Shown in pieces: positions 25,301 through 34,300 of a DNA stretch of 64,000 nt. Source of the stretch: Azolla caroliniana (lineage: Eukaryota; Plantae; Polypodiophyta); assembly GCA_043228905.1 (NCBI GenBank), contig JBHGNT010000018.1:11346001-11410000 (forward strand). The letters are read 5' to 3'. The position numbers were made by a program, and so were the translations under genes. The notes below the pieces were generated by a model. The model worked only from the letters and a program-made list of their open reading frames with translations. It searched no databases and was not told the origin of the DNA. Position 1 is the first letter of the stretch. Each line of letters begins with the position of its first letter.

Positions 25301-28300
25301 AATGTTCGACCCGTATGTACATAATTGTAAACAACAATCTGGATCAACATTGATTTAGTTGATATAAATTTGAGAAATTCTGAAGGTTATTCAATGCTTC
25401 AGCTCAAAGAAACATACAAACAAACATCAGTACAAACAAATCTTTCTTTCAGGAAAATGTCTCACTCTAAAGTAATTTGTTCAGTGAATGAATCTAGAAA
25501 CGTAGACAATAAAATAACACAGACCACTGAAAGAAACAATAAACGTTGAAAATAAATTCTAGGAATCATGCTATAAAGACACATAAATATAGGCTAGGAG
25601 AGAGCCACAAACTAAATTGCATCTATTTGATACACTTGTAACATTGATTCTTCTCTACACAGTCAAAATTTGGGGACCGAGCCTTCATAGGACACATAAC
25701 TGGACAGATTTGGAGAGACCTTCAATATCCATTAAATCCTGCATATGGTTGGTTCATGATAGCAGAGATGGAGTAGTCCCAATTGTAAGCAACCCAATAT
25801 TCCTACCAGTGACCAGTATTCAGCATATTTGAGAGGTTGCTGAGCGAAGGTCTCAAGTTTGGCATTTATGTCATCGAAACAGCTTGCTGAATATTGAGAT
25901 AATCATTGTTGGTGTGCTGAAATTCAAGAATGGCTACAGTTACATGGCATAACGATAAACACACTACTGTCATTCCAATATAGTTTGGATTGTCCACAAC
26001 TAAACATGATCAAAGTGGAAATGAATAGTGTAATCCAAACTGGTATCACTAAACTGGATGATGAATGACCATGGATCAGGTCCACAACATTTGGTAGGAA
26101 GATAGCCCATTATAATGCATGCTTTTTACACACATCAAAAGATAGATTTGTCATCAAGACTTCTTATATGGATACACTTGTACACTAGTGTGAAATTGTA
26201 AAAACGCTATGTTTGCCACTGCTATTTTTTATGAAATAAGAGGGTGATAACATTCTCTCTTCAAACATGTTTTTCGCCCATAGAGCAAGGTAATAATACG
26301 AATCCCAATGGTGCTTCGGACTGCTTTTAACTTGAGATGTAGACAAAGGTTGTTGGCAGACAATAATTGAACCACAAAAGCTCATCATTGACTCATCACG
26401 ACTTTTTTTACCTCCATTACTCCTCAGGCTACAGTCAATCAAGGCCTACACAAATGGGATCTCAACTAGAACAGTCAAAAGGGATCAAAAAGGTTACAAT
26501 AGATTGAACAATAGCAGCTCATAACAACTCAGTTTCTACCATCCAAGAGTTGAGATTAGGTATTTCAAACCTACAGTTTCTCTAAACGACTTGTATTCCT
26601 AGATTTTCTTTTGTCATCAACAGATAAAGGCCATTATCTCCTGCCATTGCATGTACAGGGATGCTTCCCTCACTTTACAGACCTCTCCATTCTGGATCAA
26701 CCTATGCTAGAGATCTTTCAAAGACAAAAGTTAAAATATATCTGACTTGAGAATCTTACGTATGGGGATAACAAGATTCTTTGCTCTCTTTTTATGTTAT
26801 TTACTTTTATGTTTACTTCTTAACATTTATTTAATTTTTGATTTGTTGTTTTCAAAGACAAGACAGCACTTAAGAGACGTTAAGCAATCTCTTGTTTGGT
26901 CTTATAGGCCATTTTGGCCTCTTAAGAGACGTTAATATATCTTTCTTTCTTCATCCTGGATTCTCTCTCTAGAATTTATTAACTAAGATTTTATTCCCCA
27001 TTAATTTAAAGCTTGATTGTAAATGTTTGATAGTCCAATAGTCACTTGACTTAGAAATAACCCCTTCACCTATCACATCCCCACTTTGTATAAATCTCAT
27101 TTTATTCATACACAAACGCAGGGCTGTACCCCTGTTTCTTGGCAAATCGTGGAGAACTGTGAGGAAAGAGAAGGAAACCGAACAGTCATGGGCCACAAGC
27201 ATCGGCAACATGGTGGTGAATCCCATAGACCAATATTTTAATCCGTTTTTTACATTTGACAAAGAAGTTGACAGCCTGGATGGAAAAATCCAAGGAGAGG
27301 TTTTGGAAACAGTGTTAGCATACAAATGCATCGAGTAATCGCATATTGACGAAGTTATTGCACAAAGGGAAGTAGTAGAATTGCACATAAAGATCTAGGG
27401 ATAAGTCAATCCAACAAGAATTGGTAGAAGGTACTCTAACAATTTCCAAGGAATCTCGAAAAAACTCAGCAGACAAAGGAAGTGACCGTCAATAACCTGC
27501 AGCCAGATACTCCACTAAAACAATAACATACCACGGATTACCAGAAGAATATACATCATTCCCTCACTAAAACATACACGATCAAGAGAATCCAAGAAAA
27601 TTTATTTCAACACCAGTAACTAAAGGGTATGCCAATCATTTGTCCCCGCAGCTAGGCATGGATGAAAAAGAAATTTCCAAAGTGGCAGAATTTGATTGTC
27701 CTCGGAGGGACAATCAGTCTGTTGGTACACCCAAATCCGCCTAGGACTTTGTAACATTTGATATGTTCCGGTGAAAATTCTTGGAATGGTTCTGTAAGGA
27801 AACACATCCCCACAAATTATTGATGAAGTTCTACAAGTAGATGCAAATGCCAAGAGAACCCATCGCTAAGTTCATGGTTTGAATTAGCTAACTGACATAA
27901 AGGCTGACTCTGACACCCCCTCCAGAGCAAGTAGACACTGTTTTTTAATGAATTTCTGCATTCACTTCGGACAGCTTTATACATGAATTTCTTGGATGTC
28001 TCTTTTGAGGATATGAACCAGGAAGCACAAGAAACAGAAAGAATCCAAGGGAGGATATGTCTGCATTGCAGGCATTGAATCAGATCATGTCTGCAGTAGC
28101 ATTCCTGGAAAGAGTGAATGAGGACAAGAGGTTCCAATTGAACGTGAAACTGGTTGCCTAAATGTCAGACACTCATCTATGGATTGTGCACTAAACACAC
28201 AAAACTGCACAATTTGCTAAATTTGGAACACCACCACGAAAGGATGTCATGTAATCTTCTGATGATGCAGACTACCCAACATATTTTGATAGGAACAGAT

Positions 28301-31300
28301 TATGGCAGCAAAGATTTTGGAAGGAGCTTCAATGAGGCAGAGAAATTCTCCGTGAGAGCAATGGAAATTTCAAAATGAATAGCTGACAAAGACCAGTTAT
28401 ATGTTAGAAGGGTCATAAAGAAGAGTATTTCTACAGTAGATGCCCAGATCTCCAAGAGGAAAACAAAGATAACCAACCCACAGTAATTCCCTTCTGTGAT
28501 AAATCCAACTTGGAGATTATCATAACCACAAGGAATTTCCCATAGCTCCTCAATAATCTAGCTATGATGTGTCTTGCCTGCTAGTTGAAATTTTTCACAA
28601 CCCAGTGATAAGCTTTCAATCCTGCATTCTCGTTTGTGTTTTGCTTCTACAGAATAGCTGATTAAATAATAGTTCTGCAATGTATGTCAGATAGGAAACA
28701 TGAACTTAGGCAAACATCTCACTTCCATATTTTAAGATTAATAGTAATCCTACTTAAAACTCACCATATTATGCCTTCAAAAATATTTGCCACTGTGAAA
28801 GATGATTGGGTAAAGACAACAAATAAAATCATGTGTGTCCATGCATATTGGCCAAACTGATATTGATATTTCCCTTTTCGCAATGTTAAGATGAACCAAA
28901 CGAAACCTGTAAGGAATAACAACATGAAGGGCTAATTTGAACACTAAATTCCATTGAGAAACACGCACATCACATCATTTCAGCTTAAGGGTTTTGAAAT
29001 TTGCTTTTTCATCTGTTCAAGAAATTAGAAATCTCAAGAACTTTAAGGTACGACATGTCTTTATATGAGAATATGAATATACAAATTAAGGTTAAAAATA
29101 AAGAGATATGAAAACATACAAACATATGCTGCCCATAAATTACAAAACATACCATTATCTTGATAAACATAAGAAAATGCCAGCAGACATAGTATTTTAG
29201 AATTCCTATAGCAATCACATATGTCCGGTCAACAAACTCTTCATGGGGGAGAAAAAGGTGCACACATATCTAGGAGTAAAAGGTGCACACAGGGCGTTGG
29301 TTTTCCCTGCAAGAGGCTGCCTGCACTTGACTTTCTAATGGTTATGCAGTCCTTGGTTCATTTAAAACTCAATGTGCACACATGCAGTTTAAAGAGCCAG
29401 AAACTAATCTGTCGTTGTTTTACACCCTTGAAAATGAGACTGTACAAACAAAAATCAGAAAATACTAAATTATATGAAAAAAAAAATTCTTGTTTAATAG
29501 GAGCAACCTAAGGGCCTTAAATCCCAACAACCTCCCACTTAAAGAAGCTAGGTTACTCTACCAGATAACTCCCACTTGCTCAAGGCAGTGTTGTGAAGAA
29601 TCTTTGATAAACACTTTGTTAAACAATCTGTCGGATTCTCGGTGGTATTAATCTTTACTAGTTGGATTACAACATCTTCTATCCGTTCTCTAATAAAGTG
29701 ATGCTGAATATCAATATGTTTAGTTACTGCATTGTAAACAAGGTTCTTTGCCAAACATATGGCACTTTGGTTATCGCAATGTAGGACTGGAATTTGCTTT
29801 GGGAGCCAACCTCACTACACAAGAAAGTTAACCAAATGGCCTACTTAGAAGCCTTTACAGTTGAGATATCTTAATTTTTGTCGTAGAGAGTGCGACAATA
29901 TGTTGCAGCTATGAACACAGCGAAATGGTAAACAAGGTTCTTTGTCAAACATATGGCACTTTGGTTATCGCAATGTAGGACCGGAACATGTTTTGGGAGC
30001 CAGACTCACTACACAAGAGAGCTAACCAAATGGCCTACTTAGAAGCCTTTACAGCTGAGACATCTAAGCATTTGTAGTAGAGAGTGCAGCAATATGTTGT
30101 AGCTGTGAACACCACGAAATAGCTCCCCCTGCGAGAGTATAGATGTAACCATAAGTACATTTTCTTGTGTGCACATCACCAGCCATATCAAAATCACAAT
30201 AGCCATTAAGCTTCAAGTCCCTTTTTCCATAACAAATGCATTTTTCCTTAGTTCCTTTGAGATATCTAAGGATAGTATTGACTGCAGCCCAATGTCCTGA
30301 GTGAGGGGAGCAGGCCATTCAGAAGGGAGACTCAGAAAATTCAGAAGCTCCGTTCAATCAAGCCGCCGATTATCGGAGACAAGCAGTAGCACTTTCCCAT
30401 GGTAATTACATTGAACGCAAATCAGTTGAAGATTACAGGACGTTCTCCTCCCCTGAGTCAGTGAGGGAAGCACAACCACTTATATGGAGAGTTAGACTAA
30501 ATTAAAAAACGCTAGCGAGCCTACCACACTTTGCACCTGCCTCTTTGCCAGACAGTATTTGCTAGTATTGTCATCCAACCCGACCTGAGGATTTAGGTTG
30601 TCCCTTGCTAAAATATCTTTGAAGAACTTGTACTGAATTTCCAGGTTGGTCCTCGCAAGCAGATATGGGCCCTAGAAGATAGTGTAGAAACTCTCTGCCC
30701 GTAAGTCCTGCCTGATAGCGGCCAATGTGGGTCCTTCCAATGTGTCACGCAGCCATACATGGGGTAGAAATTGCGCAGACTTAGCTATCGGGCATAAAAA
30801 TAGTAAAAGAGCCATGATATTAGCAAGAATGGAATCGACACTAGAAGTATCGATCAATTCAACGAATTGTTGACATAGTTGACTCATAAATCTGCTTATA
30901 ACTCCTACTACATATGCAATATCAGATCATGTTGATATCATTGCATACATCAATGACCCACAAGGTTAAGCATATGGGATAGCCTGCATTTTTTCTGTTT
31001 CCTCTTTGTCTATGGGACAAAGTGCATTAGAAAGCTTTGCTTGTGGTTGAAGAGGCACTAAATATAGCTTTGCAACAATCATCTGAAATCTTTCCAATAC
31101 CTTTCATGGAAAGTGCAGATTTGAGTTTGCATTTTAATTCCTGCAAAGTTATTTCATGGGGCTCTTAGTGGCTTCCATGGAGCATGAAATCGTCGTATTT
31201 CTTATACCATAGTCATGGGGCTTGTTTCAGCCCATAGAGGCTGCGGTGAAGTTTGCAAACTAGATGCTCTTTTCCTGGAATCGTGAACCCTTCAAGCTGC

Positions 31301-34300
31301 AACATATAAAGCTCCTCATCTAGACTTCCACCAAGGAAAACCGTCTTTACATCCACTTAATATAACTCCAATCCAGAAAGTCTGAAATAGCGACGTCCTA
31401 AGTGTAATCATTTTGACTATTGCAAAGACCTCCTAAAAATTGATTCCTTGTATTTGTTTCAACCCATTGCTACAAAATGAGCCTTATACTTGGGTTTACC
31501 TTCTAGAGTCTTTACCTTGTAGACCCACTTGTTGGTTATAGCCTTTTTGCCTTTGGGCAGCTACACAAGATCCCATGTGTTACTCTCATGGAGTGCTTTG
31601 ATCTCCTCTTGCATAGCAAGCTCCCACTTGTTAAAATGCTCACATGGCCTAGCCTCTTTAAGAGTGAGGGGTTCCTCTTCATCTATTAAAAGTATTTGAT
31701 GAAGAGATGGATCGAATCTTTGGGTTGGACGCCTCAACTGTGTTGATCTCCTAACCCAATGATCTACATTATTTGTAGTTGGATCCAATTCTAATGGAAT
31801 ATCTTCTTGCTGTAGCTCAATGAGTATTTCTTGCTCTAGCTCGTTGGTAGGAGGTGGCTGTAATTGATCTTCATCTTCAAGATCTAAAATTTCTCTGATT
31901 TGCTGTCCATCTTCTTCTGTGAATATAACCGGTTTGTAGATATCTACTTGCTCTTATAGGCCAATTTTCTCTCTTAAAAGACATTAATATTTCTTTTCTT
32001 TTCATCTACTTGCATTTCTTTTGCACATCTCACTACTAGTGTGTGAAGATTTCCCTACTAGCTGGATAGAAAATACCATTGTGCCAAATTTAAAAATTGG
32101 AAACCCCATGATACTGAGGAAATATAGCGCAACCATGATCGGCCATTACTTGGCTAAACTATATTGCTCACTCCTGCAGTCAGAATTGAGTATATACGCA
32201 GAGAGAAAAATGGCTTCCATTCAGCTGGACAGGCAGGCTTTTGGAAGGGGCTCACAACTTTGGATCGTGTATTCACCTCACCCTCTGAGCCCTTATTGAG
32301 GAGGGCAGAGCCCATAATAAGAAGATTTATTTCTGCTTTGTGGATTTCGAAAAAACCTTAGATATGCAATGGGGAATCTATGCACTTTATGAATCTATGT
32401 TAGGAAAGCTGAAGTCTCCCAATGGATTGTTGGAGGCTGTGGCTAGTATAATTGGAGTAAAACAAGGATTTTCACTATCACCCACTCCATTCCAGTTTCT
32501 ATATAGATGAGGTGTTACATATCCTAGAGAGATTTGGCGGTTTGGGAGCATGCCTAGCAGTTACTATATGATGATGATATTGTGCCAGAGGGACTACAAA
32601 GACACCTAACTACCTTAAAAGTATTTTGTATGTACAAAGGTTTGTGAGTAAACATAGATAAAACTAAAGTGATGGCGTTTAACACCACACAAGTATGGGT
32701 AACAAGATAAGAACCAGAATTCTTCTCGGGACAGGAAAATGTGGCATACATACAATCCGACATGTACCTAGGAGTAACATTCAAAGGCTCTCACTTCTAC
32801 TTATGGGAGGCTACTTGTGCTCAACTTTGTCATGGATATGCAGCCCTTGGTTTTCTTGAAAGGCAATGTGCACATTTGTGGTTCCAAGATCTAGGAACTA
32901 AATTGTGGATATTTGACACTTGTCACACGGCCTCTTCTCTATGGAGTAGATACCTACAGAAAAAAAGTAACTAGAATGATTTAGAGAGACCTTTAGCTTC
33001 AATGATTTCCTGTGTGATAAGGGGCAAATCATAGGTTCGCCATGATATAATACAACCAAAGGTGGAAGCAATATAAATGCACTACCCCCACTACAATATA
33101 GCTTGGATTGTCCCCATCTAAACATGACCAAAGTGGAAAAGAATAACCCAGAACATCTTTTGGTAGGAAGATGGCCCACTATAAAAACTTTTTACACATC
33201 AGAGAATGGAGTCATCATCAGGCTGCCTTACAAGGACATGCTGGCTCTATGCCTATTCACATTCACACATCCCTCTAACAATGATCATGTCCCATAACAA
33301 TGGAATCCTTGGTTTTGATTGATAGGCGTTGCAATTTCCATTTTTCTGCTCGAGTATCTCTCTTCTTCCTTCTCACAACCCATCTATAAAAGAGGAACTC
33401 ATCCCATTTTCTCCTTAATAGATGTTTTCTCTTCAGAGGATGGATTCATCTTTAGGCCACCTTATATGGACATACATCTATCCTATGGTTGCGCGATGTG
33501 ATAGGCCAGCTGTGAACTTCGTCACATCAATTAGAGATTGAGGTAGGCAGATATACATGAATACCTCTAAAAGAAAGAATTTGCCAATTGTGTCATCAAG
33601 GAGTGGAATCTGAAGAACACTATGTCACTGCAATGTCTTTTATGAAATAAGAGGAGATTTGCCTCTTTAAACAAGGCTTTGGCCCACTACGCAAGGTAAT
33701 GGAATATGAGGACCAACAATGTTAGGACTTTTCTTGCTAGAACTGAAGATAGGGAAAAGTTGTTGGACAACAGTACAGCCACACAAGCTCATCCACAAAG
33801 AACAATAACAACTTTCTTTAGTCCTATCACTCCTACTAATGCTACAAGACAATCAAGGGATACACAAATGGGCTCCCAACCAGGACATAACAAAGGGGTT
33901 ACAATAGATCAGGCACTAGCAATTTGTCGTGCACGTTGTCGTGAGGTGGCGTGCCGAGTGTGAGAAATGCACATGAACAAGGGTAAAAGGATAGAGACCT
34001 TCAATTCTATGTCAAGGGTCTAGAGTTCGATTCTAGAACGGCTGCCTTCAATGGCATCCTTTTCTCACTTTAAAAATTGAGAAAGGGATGCCAGCATTAA
34101 TGCATTAATGCAAAATGTGGCACCCTCTCCCGTTGTTTTCCTAGAAAAGGAGGGGCTCATTTTGCCTCCACCATTTTGGGGAGAAAACTCTTGCTCTTCC
34201 TTAGCTCATACCCTTTCATCCCCTCTTCGTCATGATGCTCGTCTTCTTCATGTTGGTGTTCGTGTTCGCATGCCTGTGTGCTCATCATTGCCCGTGTGCT

